Shown here: piece after piece, positions 12,403 to 27,264 of the stretch
Layout of the letters: each line of letters starts with the position of its first letter
Numbering within the stretch: the first letter of the stretch is position 1
From: Octopus vulgaris
Lineage: Eukaryota
Length of the DNA: 64,000 nucleotides
Assembly (NCBI GenBank): GCA_951406725.2
Contig: OX597821.1
Location: 11,966,001-12,030,000, forward strand
Reading direction: 5' to 3'
Position numbers and translations under genes: made by a program
Notes under the pieces: model-generated
Told to the model about the DNA's origin: nothing
The model's database searches: none
What the model saw: the letters and a program-made list of their open reading frames with translations, nothing else

Positions 12403-13599
12403 TTAGGTCGTCAAGTATGAAATTCGTAGTAAAGAAAAATGTTTCTTAATGTTTTATAAAGAAAAGGAATAGTTTTATTCATTAAAGTATGCACCCATAT
12501 TGTCGATACACTTTTGCAAATTTCAGCGCTATTTTGTCCAGCCCGGAACTGTAAAAGCCTAGAGTCAATAAAATCTTGGAAGTCCTGCTTTACAGCATCG
12601 TGGTAATTAAATGCTTTCCTTTCAAAAAGATAACCAAATTCCGGAAGAAGTGGTAGTCAAATGGGCAAGATCAAGTGAGTATGGTGGATGATGGAGAACT
12701 TCCAACTCCTACTCCAGTAGTTACGCCAAAGTAATTTTTGTGATGTGTGGTCTGGTATTGTTTTGTAAGAAAATAGGAGTGGATCTTTTGGGTAATCTAG
12801 GCTGTTTTTAGTTAGTGTCTGCATCATTTAGTCCAATTGACTGCAGCATACTTCGGCCGTGATTGATGAACCAGGTTTAATGAAATCATAATGGATCAAA
12901 CCTGGGCCAGACCACTAAACACACACTATCAGCTTCTTTTGAAGAATTTTGCTTTTTGGACTGTGTTTTGGTGGCTCCACTTTGTCCAATCATTGTGATG
13001 AACGTTTACTGTATTGGATCCATTTCTCATCACATGTTACAATTCGATTCCAAAATTATTCATTTTAGTGACAAGAAAGTAGCATAACGCAGGCTTCCAA
13101 ACGTTGAAGTTTCTGATTTTCATTGAGTTCATGTGGAACCCGCTTATCCCACTTTTTTCCTTTGCCAATCTGAACTAGGTGAGTCAATATTGTTTGCTTG
13201 CTAACACCAAGCAAAAGCGATAATTCACGGATCTGACTCAATGTTGACTGTCAGCTCGTCGTTATCTACCTTTGCAAACCAATTTGATACTGTCTACTGC
13301 GTAATAACATTATAATGAAATACTTCATTAATATTCCAAGCTGTCTGTGATGCTGTATTTCCAAGAAAGAACTAATATTTCAAAACTGTACACATTTCCG
13401 ACTTATCTATCTCTAAACAAAAATAGCAAAAACGATTTACAAGTACTTCATAAAGCGCAAAATGAGTCAGAAAAAAGGAATAGATGTATCAGTTTTCTAA
13501 CAAAAAATAAAGATTGTCAAAATATAGTAATAGTGCAAAATGTGTAGCTGTCAAAATTTACCATGTACCTTATTACAAATTTCAGACTTCACGACCTAA
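12403..13599 (-). mobile_element. Decayed mariner (DD34D-type) transposon
   Basis: TIRs ttaggtcgtcaagtatgaaatt / aatttcagacttcacgacctaa with TA flanks. Minus-strand remnants RVPHEL (WVPHEL), RIVTCDEKWI, LQNNTRPH, HPPYSLDLAP. Confidence 0.92.
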
Positions 13600-13716
13600 T
13601 ATGTATGTATATACGTGTGTATATATGTGGTGAGAATTTATAAAAATGCAAAAGACGAAGGCCGGTGTGTAAACAACAAACAGATGTATTAGTTTAACGC
13701 TCGGGAAGTGAGACAG

Positions 13717-13754
13717 TCTTTTACGTTTCGAGCCCACGCTCTTCGACAGAAAGA
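13717..13754 (-). ncRNA. Minimal hammerhead-like motif (A6 changed to U) in a pLTR-like repeat at about 13630-13818
   Basis: TCTTT-CTGTCGA-A-GAGC-GTGG-GCTC-GAAA-CG-TA-AAAGA. Related to 41995-42029 and to the truncated copy at 46522-46549. Confidence 0.6.
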
Positions 13755-14216
13755 AACAGAATTAAACAGGCAGAGAGAAAATAGAAAAAGGTTTAGTGGC
13801 TAGCGATCTATCATGGCGGTATGTATGTATGTATGTATGTATGTATGTATGTATGTATGTATGTATGTATGTATGTATGAATGCATGTAAATTCTTACGG
13901 TGCTTAGATAAGAGTAACCACAATCGAGAGAAAATTATTATTGTCAATGTCAATTCTCACAGTAGCAAAAGAGGAGTCATGATACTTCATTACACTACAA
14001 TTTAAAAAGTGTCCCCGAGAAATACTGAAATGTTTGTTATAATTTTATACTTGACAGTCCTCTTCAAATAACAGCAGACATTAGGATTCTAAACAGATAT
14101 AGAAATTTGAGTGAAAATAAACCAGAGATAAATCTACTAAAAATAAAGGTACTGGAATATTCATGTTGCCATCTTCCGCATGAAGATCTAACAGCTAGAG
14201 TGCTGGGTGCCATACT

Positions 14217-16278
14217 GTAGGTGGTGAAATGAAAATGATTCCTTATTATTTGAAATTACAAACCAACGAACAAGAAATTCTATTGTGGTTAATATAAATT
14301 AATGTTTAAATAAGAAATTCTAATTGATACATGCTACTGTGTGCTCACCAAAGTAGCCAATTTATAAAAATAGGTCTTCTGCACAGAAGGCGCGCATGGT
14401 AAATTTTTAGATCTTAGTATCTTAATTTGCATAATTAATAAATTTATTTTCCTCAAAATACCATATCTTTTGTCTGTTCTAAGATATTTGCATATGTGGG
14501 TGGTGAATTTTCAGGTTGAAGAATATTTATAAAGTCTGGAACATGTCGGAAGTTGACTCCACTGCTTTCTAAAATAATACTCATTCATTCTCTTTTATAT
14601 CACCATTTAATTTCGTTAAGCTGAACTTTCGTATTTTTCACAGTTGGTTCATTTGAGATTAATTTTCTGGAACGAATAATGTTTCTCAGATGTATTTGGA
14701 AGTAATTGGAATTTCCTCTCTGCTTACTTTCACCCACATATATTCATGCATACATACTCATATATGTATGCATGTATGTATGTGTTTAAACATGCATATA
14801 TGTGAGCGTGCGTATATGTGTAAGTATGTCTTTCAACAAACAAAAATGGGAACATAATACACAATTGAACTGAAAATAGTCAAGGAGTAATTGATTTAGT
14901 AAAGCTCTTCATATCAAAGAATATCTCAAGAGAATATATTGTTTGAATTCCAGAACTAACATCATTTAATTTTCCAAGCTGTTCTTTCTTTCTATTTCAT
15001 ACCAAATATCAAGACACCTAGTTATGCATGTAACATCAGTATATACCTATTGATCTATTTATATAAGTATTGATTGATATTTATCGGTATACTTTTCGTA
15101 ATCGTACGTAGTTATTCATATGGTGCAACGTAGAAAAACGAAAGAAGCTAAGACAACATTCGGACGTTACTCTCAGTTTCCTGGTGTTTAAAGTGGTTAA
15201 AACAGCGCCTTCCATATACTGTGTATTCGGGCTTAATTTGACCGTTTTCCTTTCAGAAAAAAATATGCTATCCAAAAATAAAATTCAAAAAATCAAAAGG
15301 GACAAAGTTTTCTCAAAGTGCATTAACTCGTGGTTTGTTAACAAGAATAGTAAAGTCCACCTGTTGCTATAGACAAAAACGGCCTCATATGCCTCTAGTC
15401 ATTATAGCACTAAATGTGGACACAGTACTTTATTATTGTTATGAATAGCAACTTATTTTCAAAAGTCTATTTCTCTTTTGAAACATGGCCCACAGGCAGC
15501 GATAGTGCTTCAGGCATTTGTTCCGATTTTGAGCGTTGGCTTCACGGGGGCCATATCTGACATTCATAATTTCCCGGTTGAATAAAATGTGCCAATCTTA
15601 GGTGCTGGATTCGCAGAACTCTATCATCATTGCACCAGGGCCGTTGCGTTATTTCTTACAGCATTTTGCGTTCTCAGCTCGCATCCCGCCAAGGCATATT
15701 TGGCTTATAGATATAACCCTTTAGCTGGTTTAAAACAACCTCATGACACTATACAATTTCAAGCATTCGGGTCAGTCCGCCACCCCTTCAACAGAAATGT
15801 CTAATGTACCATAGAGACTTACTTTCTCCTTGACTAAAAGATAAATTCAACATTGACTAGCAAATGGAATATTGCTTCTGACCATGGAATTATTCATTTG
15901 ATCAGTTGCCATTCTCAAAAAACGCATCAAATTCCAGACTTTATTCCAGACATATTCCAGACTTTATAAATATTCTTCAACCTGAAAATTCATCACCCAC
16001 ATATGCACATATCTTAGAACAGACAAAAGATATGGTATTTTGAGGAAAATAAATTTATTGATTATGGAAATTAAGATACTAAGATCTAAAAATTTACCAT
16101 GCGCGCCTTCTGTGCAGAAGACCTATTTTTATAAATTGGCTACTTTGGTGAGCACACAGTAGCATGTATCAATTGAATTTCTTATTTAAACATTAATTTA
16201 TATTAACCACAATAGAATTTCTTGTTCGTTGGTTTGTAATTTCAAATAATAAGGAATCATTTTCCTTTCACCACCTAC
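14217..16278. repeat. Inverted duplication: about 335-bp arms (14217-14551 and 15944-16278), about 1.4-kb spacer
   Basis: gtaggtggtgaaa...gaaggcgcgcatggtaaa...ataaagtctggaa is mirrored with only scattered mismatches. Confidence 0.95.
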
Positions 16279-19200
16279 GTTATATTCATAAACACAAATG
16301 GACAGGATCTATAATATAATCCGAGATAACCTTTACGATGAACCTGTTTATAGCTTTGAACAATAAGTCTAATGTTTTACGGTTAAACCGAGACCAAAAT
16401 CCAGAAGTGACATGAGATTTTGGTCACTAAACCATATTGACAAAATAGCTTCTTACAAGGAACTTGTTATGTAATCTCTTGTTGCCTTATCAAATTTTAG
16501 CCTTCTGCCCAAGAATCCAATAATAAAAACATAGCATCCATAGAGCTTCTATGTAGTCATTTTATTTACATGAAATGTCTGCCAAGTCTCCCTGAAATAA
16601 CAACCGCCCGTTTTAAGAGAGAATCGAGAAAATAAATTAGATAATCGATTATCAAATATTGTGCGAGATGCTCCTAACAATAAAGGATGTCCGCTAAATA
16701 TATGCGTTTGAGAAGTCACTGATTTTGAGAAATGCTCGGAGGTTTCAAAACAGAACAGTTTTCGACATTGAAACGTATTCCAAATCTTTTCTTTTACTAA
16801 ATTTACCTAAGAGCAATATTTATGACAAAGTTCTGCTCAGAAATTTCATATCTTAATTCAGTTCGATTTCAAACCATTTAGATATTTCAAACTCAATTGT
16901 ATCATTTAACATCTGTTTGGGCAATCGCAGGAAAGCAGGAATCAGCTCAGGCCACATCTTATATTTCCGTTCCCCGGAAATTAAATGGTGCTGTCCACGG
17001 AAGCGCTGGTACATGAGCTTATTTATCGCAACAGATGTTATCTGCTTCTTAATTGTTTATTATGTTTCAAAGAAAGAGACTGTTCCTGTCATTTAAAATC
17101 TTTTCACGTTGGTGAAATAAATTTGATTTTAAAGAACTAAGTATATATTTTTCTCTTATGTCTTGTTTCGAATGTAAGGTCCTAATTATTCGTGTTTAGC
17201 TATTACTCCGACCTGGGCGAATCTGTTTTCTACTAGGTGCCCAAGTGTTTATTAACTGAGTTATATTTCTTTATAGTTTACATAATTACTCGTTTATGTG
17301 ATGTATCAATAGGCTGATCAGATGTAGGACGCAGCTTGTATTATTGTCTTGATTCTTTTAGCAGTATGTATTGTTGACGCCCACCACACGTTGCAATATT
17401 TGCTGGGGTGTGGTGGCCTATATAACTCAGTAATTGTATGAGCATCGTCAGCAGAACGCAAGCTTTAGGGCCTCACAAGCTAGACAGTTCAAAGGATAGA
17501 AACCAGACCAATATGAACCACCTCCTTCCAGACATAAAACGTCAACACACTACCTAAAAAAAAAACCCACTAAGTTTCAGAAACACCGATAAGATTTCAA
17601 GCCAACACATCTAGGTGAGAACAGCCTAGATTCGTGAACAGTCAACGATAACTTATGCTGTATAAGTAATTTTGCTGCAATACATGAGACATGACATGAG
17701 ACATTGAGAAGCCTTTGTGGAATTATTCTATGTGCTATAAATACTAGCGAAATTTCTTCAAATTACATGCTATCGTCTTTATACAAGAAAGATGTCGATC
17801 GTTTTGACAAATTATTACTATATATATACGGAAAGGAAATTATGTTTATGATTAGAAGTCCATTTTAACACAGTCTATTGGATTAGTGATTTCCAGAGAT
17901 TAAAAAACAAAATGAGCTTTCACATGTAAAGATCTAACCAGGAGTCCTTAGTCTAAAAATTAACACAAATGGCTCATACACCTATCCTAAAGCCAAAAAC
18001 ATATCGAATAATGTGATATTAGATATACTGCGGTTGAAAATAACAGCATTTGTCAAAGGTTATAAATTGCTGCCTTATAAGTCTGTTTGATCAGAAATGT
18101 TCTAAGTTTAAAGGAGATCAGACAAACAACAACTTTATATCGTATGTCTATGGCAAGTGAACTTGTAACTACTTTACAAGAGTTGAAACTAGTCTCTGCT
18201 AAATGATGAAACAAATTTCCATGATACTAAACCGTTACAAATTTTATTGCTGTACTTACCTCTATATTCATCTCGGTGCATTAAACTAAATGAAATTCAA
18301 TGCCGCGTTGCACTTTGGATGTACGAAAATTTATTAACGCTTTAATCGATCCCATTCATCTAATTAACTACAGGACTCTTCATTTTCATTTGGATATAAA
18401 TTATAGCTTCGTTGTTAAATGCCAATATAGATTATCACCGATGCCTCGTAAATGTACACTTTGTCATAGTCTCTTTTGACTCTTTAATCCGCCGATATAT
18501 TTATTACTGCCAAACGAAAGGGAGGGTCAACTCTGAATGATGTCTAAACTGTGAAACAAGTAGGATGAAAGTAAATACTGATTTATATTTAGACATGAGG
18601 TCACGTATTTATTAGGTAAGGAATGTAACAGCGTTACATTTATATGTTTTTCAAAATCATTACTTAAGTGTTTAGCCGAAATCTTTTATAGATTGCGTAG
18701 AGGCTTAAACGCGCTTCACTCATAACCATTCCTCGTTGAATAACATTGATTCGATTATTGAATGTCTTCTTGTTAAGGCGACAAGGTGTGATAGGCGGGA
18801 GCAGAGTGTAAGATTTATATTATTCATGTACACATGTAGTATTTTGTGAAAAATAGCGAGTTTTATAAACCGTGGAAAAAACATAATACGAAGAATTCTA
18901 AACTTCACTTATTGAGTGTGTGTATATATATATATATATATATACCGTTACAGGCTGCCCCGCTCAAAACTTGAGCTACTGAAGAATTGACCGTTATGCC
19001 AAAAGTACTTTGTTGAATGCTTCTCGCACAGGTATTTGAAACAGCCATAAGATGTTTGCAGATCAAGATTTTTAACCACATAGCAATGCCTGGGTAATTC
19101 GTCGCATCTCAATAAAGAGAATAAGTTTCAGATCTAACAGAAAACGTAGGTTGATTCTCATACATTTTTTGTTCGGTGTTCTTTAGAATTATTTTTTTTT

Positions 19201-19401
19201 AATGGTTCGGAATATTAGTTTGCATGCAAAATAACAATAATCTATAATTGCATTGGTAAAATAGTTTGCACTAGAAATAAATACTACGTTGGGACTCAAA
19301 TGCTCACGCACACACGCGAATATATGTATATGTGTAATTGTTGAATGTTTAAGTTCCTGTCAGATATTGGGTATGCCTATCACTTTGTCACTTTATACAT
19401 G

Positions 19402-19440
<39 letters not shown>

Positions 19441-20174
19441 CTATATGCGTGCGTGTGTATGCACGAATATTGTCTTACTGGATCAATCTTTAAATTGTAT
19501 TAAATTCAAAACATGATCATATTCTGTTGATTTCCTCTCTTAATTATATTAACAAATTCTGAGGAAATGATATTAAAAATAAAGAAAGCAAAGAGAATTA
19601 TATCAAAATATCATTCTCATCTTGTTGACTGCGGTGGCGTTAATGGTGATGCTGATGGTGATGAAGTGGGTAGGGAATGGTACAATGATGTAGAAATCCT
19701 TCGTTTTCGACGGAAGTATAGCTATTGACGGCTAGTTGGCAACAGTGAACAGCATCTAATAAAAGACTGCGTGGATGTTGGGGAGAAAGTTGTGCAGGAG
19801 AGATGATGAAAGAGAAGAAAAGACTTTTCCTAGAAGCAACAGAAGTTAAATTTACAATGTTATGTGTTGTGAGATTGCAATTAAAATATAATTAAACTAA
19901 TTAACTAACACAATTCCTCTCACTATTGTAATTTAAAAGAAAAATATAATTACTATTTCATTGTAGCCTGCCAAAACTGATTATAATCGATGGCTGCGTT
20001 AATGTTACTCGAGAATACAAATTGTCAAAAGCTTTGCTTAGTTTTTACTTCATCTTTCTTTAACTCGTTAGGATTTTTACTTACAATTCAACGTAATAAT
20101 ATCAAAGGGATATAACTCAAGTTTGTTATGATGCTCCGTGGAAAGCGTTTGGCGTATAAACACACACACACACA

Positions 20175-20219
<45 letters not shown>

Positions 20220-20249
20220 ACACATACACACACACTGACACACACGCAT

Positions 20250-20293
<44 letters not shown>

Positions 20294-20305
20294 TTATACA
20301 TATAC

Positions 20306-20383
<78 letters not shown>

Positions 20384-20678
20384 GTGTACTTACAGCTATG
20401 TATATAATATATATGCAGTCGGTAGCAAACGTGGCTATCAGGCATGCGGCTGGGTTTCCATTCCCGAAATGGGAACACAATTATTTTAAAGGTAGTGCCT
20501 CAGCAACTTTAAAGCTGAACCAAGCTAAAGATTTATATACATATGTATACACACATACATACATTCGTACATGTATACCTAATACATAAACGCAGACACA
20601 CACAGACATACACACACACATATATATAATCGTATGAGTATATATACACATTTGTACTCCTACACATGTATATACACC

Positions 20679-22265
20679 CAGTGGTCCTCAAAATTATTCA
20701 TACTCCATCGAGACTAACATTCTTTTTCAGTTTTCTTTTCTGAAAGCTATTATGTTGGTACTCCCTGTATATCTTTTGTCTTCTAATTGCTATGCACACA
20801 TCCACTTATGTGTTGGCTACACTTTATCTACATGATAATAGATATGATCTAAATTTCCTTTTTGTACATGTTCAGAATTAATCACACCTCTGTTTTCGCT
20901 TCCTGTGGATATGCTAATCTTTGTCGTATAGTTATTTCCAGAACTGCAGATTATAAATAGTGGAAAATTATTCTGGTCATTCTTAGTTCCTGATGATCAT
21001 GGCCAAGAAGAGGGAGTGCAGTGAGAAACTACGTCAACGTCTTGTGCATGCCCACACTGAAGAAAAGGCTTACAAGGCCATTTCAAAGAAGTATGATATC
21101 CCTGTGGCAACCATCTAGAGCATAGTCAACTAGTAGAAGAGGTTCAATAGTGTTAAAAATCTCAGTGGGCGTGGCAGGAAGAGTAATGTATCTCCCAAAC
21201 TTGGCAAGAAAATCTGTTGAGAGGTTAACAACAACACCATACTACAAATAAGGCCCTAATTGAAACGCACCAGATAGAGACGAATGAGTCACAGTCCACG
21301 ATTGAGCGAGTCGTGAACAGAGGTCTCCATCGCGAAGGCCTCAGAAGACGTCACTGTTTTTGTTTTTAATTAAACTTTTTTTTTCATTTTCGATAAATAT
21401 ACTTCTTCTGGAAGCTCGCCTTGCCTTTGCTAGAGGTCCCTGAAGCAAGATCTCAGCTTTTGGCAACCATCCTTTGGTCTGATGAGACGAAGTTGGAGTT
21501 GTTCTGCCATGTGGATACTGAATATGTGGGGAGGAAGAAAGGAAGAGTATACAAGACGAAGAACACTGTGCCCACCGCCAAGCATGGTGTTGGAAACATA
21601 GTGCTATTGGTATGCTTCTCTTCCAGTGGCACAAGGAACGCCGCCAAAGTCTAAGGAATCATGAGAAAGGAGGATTACATCAGGATCCTTGACGAAAACA
21701 TGAAGGAATCTCCTGAGAAACCCCAACTAGGCCACAGCTGGAAATACCAACAAGACAACGGTTCGAGACATACCGCCAAGATAGTGAAGAACTGGTTCAA
21801 GGACAATGACATCCCATGTCTTAGAATGGCTAACTCAGAGTACTAACCTGAATCCAATTGAGAACTTGTGACGCGACTTGAAGACCAGAGTCATGGTTAG
21901 GAAACCGACCAACTTGACCCAGCACGAGACTTTCTCCAAGGAAGAGTGGACCAACATCCTACAGGAGACATGCAGGAAGCTTGTGGACACGTACAAGAAT
22001 CGTGTAGAAGCAGTCATAAAAAAAGGCTATGCAATTGAATATAAAAAAACATATTAGATTCAATGAACCTATGTCTTGAATAACTTCAAATATGGAATTG
22101 TTTTTAAACCCATCAATAAAATACCCGTGAAATGAAGAATTTCTTGAATTGTGCATTGTTGGTCACATAACTCGTAAACAAACATGACAAAATGCATTCG
22201 TTTCATCACAAAAATAAAAACAAATCACAATAATTAACAAGGGCATAAATAGTTGAGGACCACTG
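20679..22265 (+). mobile_element. Decayed full-length Tc1 (DD34E) transposon
   Basis: TIRs cagtggtcctcaa / ttgaggaccactg. Broken transposase from 20999: MAKKRECSEKLRQ..., GRGRK, WSDETKLELF, QQDNGSRH, NPIENL; multiple stops and frameshifts. Confidence 0.95.
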
Positions 22266-22333
22266 TTTTAATATTGTGTTCGCTTATATTTATACGTACA
22301 TATGTATAAATGCATGAATCTGTATGTGTGTGA

Positions 22334-22369
<36 letters not shown>

Positions 22370-23093
22370 CTATATATGGTCATGTGTCTATGCGTGTGAT
22401 GCTCATGAGGTTATTTGTGTCACTTAAGATATAATAAAACGCTCAGTTTATCGATCAAACAACAGCTGAAATACTCTGTAGTCGAGGAAAAGAAAAGCGG
22501 CAAAATGGCCGCCTGATGTAGAATTGAAGAGAATCGAGCGAAAGATGTTTCATTGATAAGACAAGAGCAATTATCAATCGACTTTTACAGCAATTTTAAA
22601 GATCTCGCACTGCACCATAGGGACTCCTTTAAAAACGTGTTAGGAAAGATAATATTAAGAAGCTTTTCAGAAAATTTATCTGTACAACTCAATGTATAAA
22701 TTGTTAAAGCTTTTTGAATACGAAATATAAAAACAATAAAAGATACATATATTTAGCTATGACAAATCTTTGGCAATATTTATCTCCCTTGGGTGTTTCA
22801 TGTTATAGGCTCTGCAACTAATTAAATAGCATCTCGGTAGATTATGTTTATGCTTAGGTTTATATTCCATTGGAAAGTTTCGGCGTCAATGTTTATGAAG
22901 CTGTATGTCACCGCAGGTGACTCTTTCTTGAAATGGTTGTCCTAGCGTTTTTAATAACAATGATTTAAAAATATTTTGATATAAAATGCATGCATCTTGA
23001 TTGCTATGGAAAATTCACAAATAAATTAATCACTAATGCGTGTTTCGCTGAGCACTCATTTACACTGTTCCTATTTATATATATATATGTATG

Positions 23094-23168
<75 letters not shown>

Positions 23169-23235
23169 GTATGTATTTATGTATGTATGTATATATATGT
23201 ATATATATATATGTATATATGTATATATTTCTATG

Positions 23236-23297
<62 letters not shown>

Positions 23298-23534
23298 TAT
23301 ATATATATACATATATATACATATATGTGTATGTATGTATGAATGTTTATGCATGTGCGCGCGCACAAGCCGTATGTAGTTATGTTGTACAAATAGTTTT
23401 CCTTTACAGATGTTTTCTAGATATTTTTTTATAACAGAACTAGTGTTCCCGAGCAATCTGCGAGTACTGTTCTCTTAGCCTATACAAGTTACAAATCAGG
23501 ACAATAGAAGAAAAGAAGGAGAAAAGAGAAGGAT

Positions 23535-24140
23535 GAGAGAAAGAGAATTAAAGGAGAACTGGAGGTATAAGCAAATAGAGGATAAATTATAGATGGAAAG
23601 AGAAGATGAAGGAAAGAATAAGAGGTAGAGGAAGTAAAAATAAAAATTAAGTTTCAGATATTATTAGGTAAGGTTAGATGTTATTCGAAGTAGCTGAAAG
23701 AGTGTTTGTCTCTAATGTAAACGCCTGTAAACACGTTCTTTATATGTGTTGACCAGTGTATGTTTGGAAAAGAGGACAAATAGTTGTTCGTCCGTACAAA
23801 GAGGAGAGATACTAATGCACAATTTTTTTTCGATTGGAAAATTTTATCAAAATCATTTCCCTGTGATAAGGGGAAGTCCTCTTTGAACGGTTTCCTTTTT
23901 TCCAAACATACACTGATTAACACTTATAAAGAAAATATTTACAATTATTTTTATTGGAAAAACATTCTCTCAGCTGTTTCAAATAATATCTACAGCTTAC
24001 CTAATAATATCTGCAACTTAAGTCTTTATTCTTAGTTTCTTTACCTCATATTCTTCCCTTCAACTTTTCTTTCCATCGATCATTTATTCTCTACTTGCTT
24101 ATACCTCCATTCATCCTCCTTTAATTCTCTTTCTCTCTCT
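23535..24140. repeat. Diverged fold-back element, about 270-bp arms, about 70-nt loop
   Basis: gagagaaagagaattaaaggag / ctcctttaattctctttctctc; cagatattattaggtaag / cttacctaataatatctg; cagtgtatgtttggaaaa / ttttccaaacatacactg. Confidence 0.85.
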
Positions 24141-24319
24141 CACTTCCTTCTCTTCATCTCTCGCCCTGTGATGTCAAATTTATTAACGGCATTTTAAAAA
24201 TTACTTGCGTTTCCCATACAACTTTGCTTTCCATATATATACATGGGTATATGCATGTAAGTGTGCATGTATGTATATGCATGTGTGCATGTGTGTATTT
24301 ATATGTATACATATTTATG

Positions 24320-24357
<38 letters not shown>

Positions 24358-24664
24358 AATGTATATACATATATGTATATGTATGCATACATATATACAT
24401 ACATACATATCTATATATAAATATCTATATATATATATAAATATCTATCTATCTATATATATATATATATATATATATATAGATAGAGAGAGAGAGAGAG
24501 AAAGTGAGAGGAGAGCCTTTTCGGTCATGAATGACAATGGGACTGCAACTAGAAAGTTACCCTCCGATGTACAAGTCAGAGCAAGATGGAATGCTAGCAG
24601 TCGCCCATACATACTAGCCTTCACTCTCCATACCACTGAACCATGCACCTTCACACACACACAC

Positions 24665-24719
<55 letters not shown>

Positions 24720-24734
24720 AGAAAATATATATAT

Positions 24735-25349
<615 letters not shown>

Positions 25350-25459
25350 GTTTCAATGGAATATATGTGAGTCTGACATGTCTCCTGTACATCTGTGCGG
25401 TGTGTAGGTGCGAAGTCTAGGTAAGTCTCTGACTAAGAGACCATAACAAACAACTTCCC

Positions 25460-25549
<90 letters not shown>

Positions 25550-26070
25550 GGTATAACAAATACATGGAGATACATGAAAAGTGTTCATATTTCTATGAAG
25601 GTCATTAAATGCAATGTTTCTTCTGTTTCACCAAAACCAAGTGTTTGTTTTCTATCAACCTTTGAACTCGGAATATATATACGAGGTGTGTCCAAATGTT
25701 TAAAACAATTGCTTGGTAATCATACATACCGGATTTAATTTTGTTGAATAGTGAGTAAAATTTGATGGACAAATAAGGTGTATGTCCGTGTCGGATAGGA
25801 TGTATGTATATTTCAAAGGTACTGCACAATTAATATTAGTAGCACGCTTATATCGCCGCAGAATTAAAGTAAAGCTCTATTTGTCGGCAGAATATTTAGA
25901 TATTTACATTCAATTCAATAACGCTGGTTCTATAGCTCATGGAAAAATGTAATACTCGTGTCAGTTGTGAACTAAATATATTACTTTCTTTCTACCGATA
26001 TATGTGTCTAAATATCTACCTGTCAATTGGTTTTCTGGTCTATCTATTTATCTATTTATCTACTTATCTG

Positions 26071-26145
<75 letters not shown>

Positions 26146-26695
26146 TATATATATGTATATATATATACATGCACACACATACTTTTTATATAAGTAATAG
26201 ACACAAAGAAAATATTCAAGTACATATATATGTGTATATATATATATATATATATACTCTAAAATTCTTTACCTCCTGGCTGTTCTTTCTAGTTTCAATG
26301 CGCTAAATTGAATTGTAATATATTTTTCTAAGGTACAAGATGTTCACAAATGATATTAAGTATATTAGCGACTAAATTCTATTTCCAAAGAAAGCGGATA
26401 TGACAAGAGTATTTTCGTCAATTTTCAAGGAAAAGATAAGCAATAAGCAAAATTACAATGAATATATAACTAAAGAAGATATTAAAATGACAGGTGTGAA
26501 TTAAATAACACGTCGCTAGAAAATGTGTAGCTCTCTTACAGATTCGGAGAGAAAATACTTAGCGTTTTATTTCGTTTCAACTTCAGACTCCAAGCTGTTA
26601 CTAAAGAGATACTTTAAGTTTCTCCATTTCACTTACTACCATGTGTTATCCTATGAGTTTTCAATTAGGCATTTCAGCAATTAATCAACCACTCA

Positions 26696-26696
<1 letters not shown>

Positions 26697-26787
<91 letters not shown>

Positions 26788-26893
26788 GTCTATCTATCTA
26801 TCGATCTGTCTGTCCGTCTGTATGTCTGTCTATTTATCTATCTATCTAGCTAGCTAGCTATCTATCTGTATGTCTGTCTGTCTGTCTATCTAT

Positions 26894-26958
<65 letters not shown>

Positions 26959-26972
26959 AATCTATCTATCTA
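26697..26972. repeat. (TCTA/GATA)n microsatellite (others at 20308-20381, 44620-44883, 45199-45258, 50045-50470)
   Basis: Read directly. Confidence 0.95.
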
Positions 26973-26973
26973 T

Positions 26974-27027
<54 letters not shown>

Positions 27028-27195
27028 AAAGTCAAATGCGATACAATAAAATTAATTATTATCGCCGGTGATCTAGGACACGCCATATATTATTCATATA
27101 TAAGTACATTAAAAGGCGAAGTGAGTACTAGATACACAAAAGCTGGATAAATTTAATGAGATGAAAATTAAAAACTTTTACAAACTTAGTTCTTC

Positions 27196-27264
27196 TTAGA
27201 CTGCAGTTTCGCCTATTTCAGCAATAAAAATAATATTTATTTGCTCAGGTAGGCTCTTCTGTAA
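27196..27264 (-). ncRNA. Hammerhead-like motif (U4 changed to A)
   Basis: TTA-CAGAAGA-GCCTA...TAGGC-GAAA-CTGCAG-TC-TAA: extended helix II, palindromic CTGCAG, GUC site. Confidence 0.65.

Noticed and set aside
22500-22514. YY1-like motif CAAAATGGCCGCC
   Set aside because: A single short motif with no supporting promoter context.
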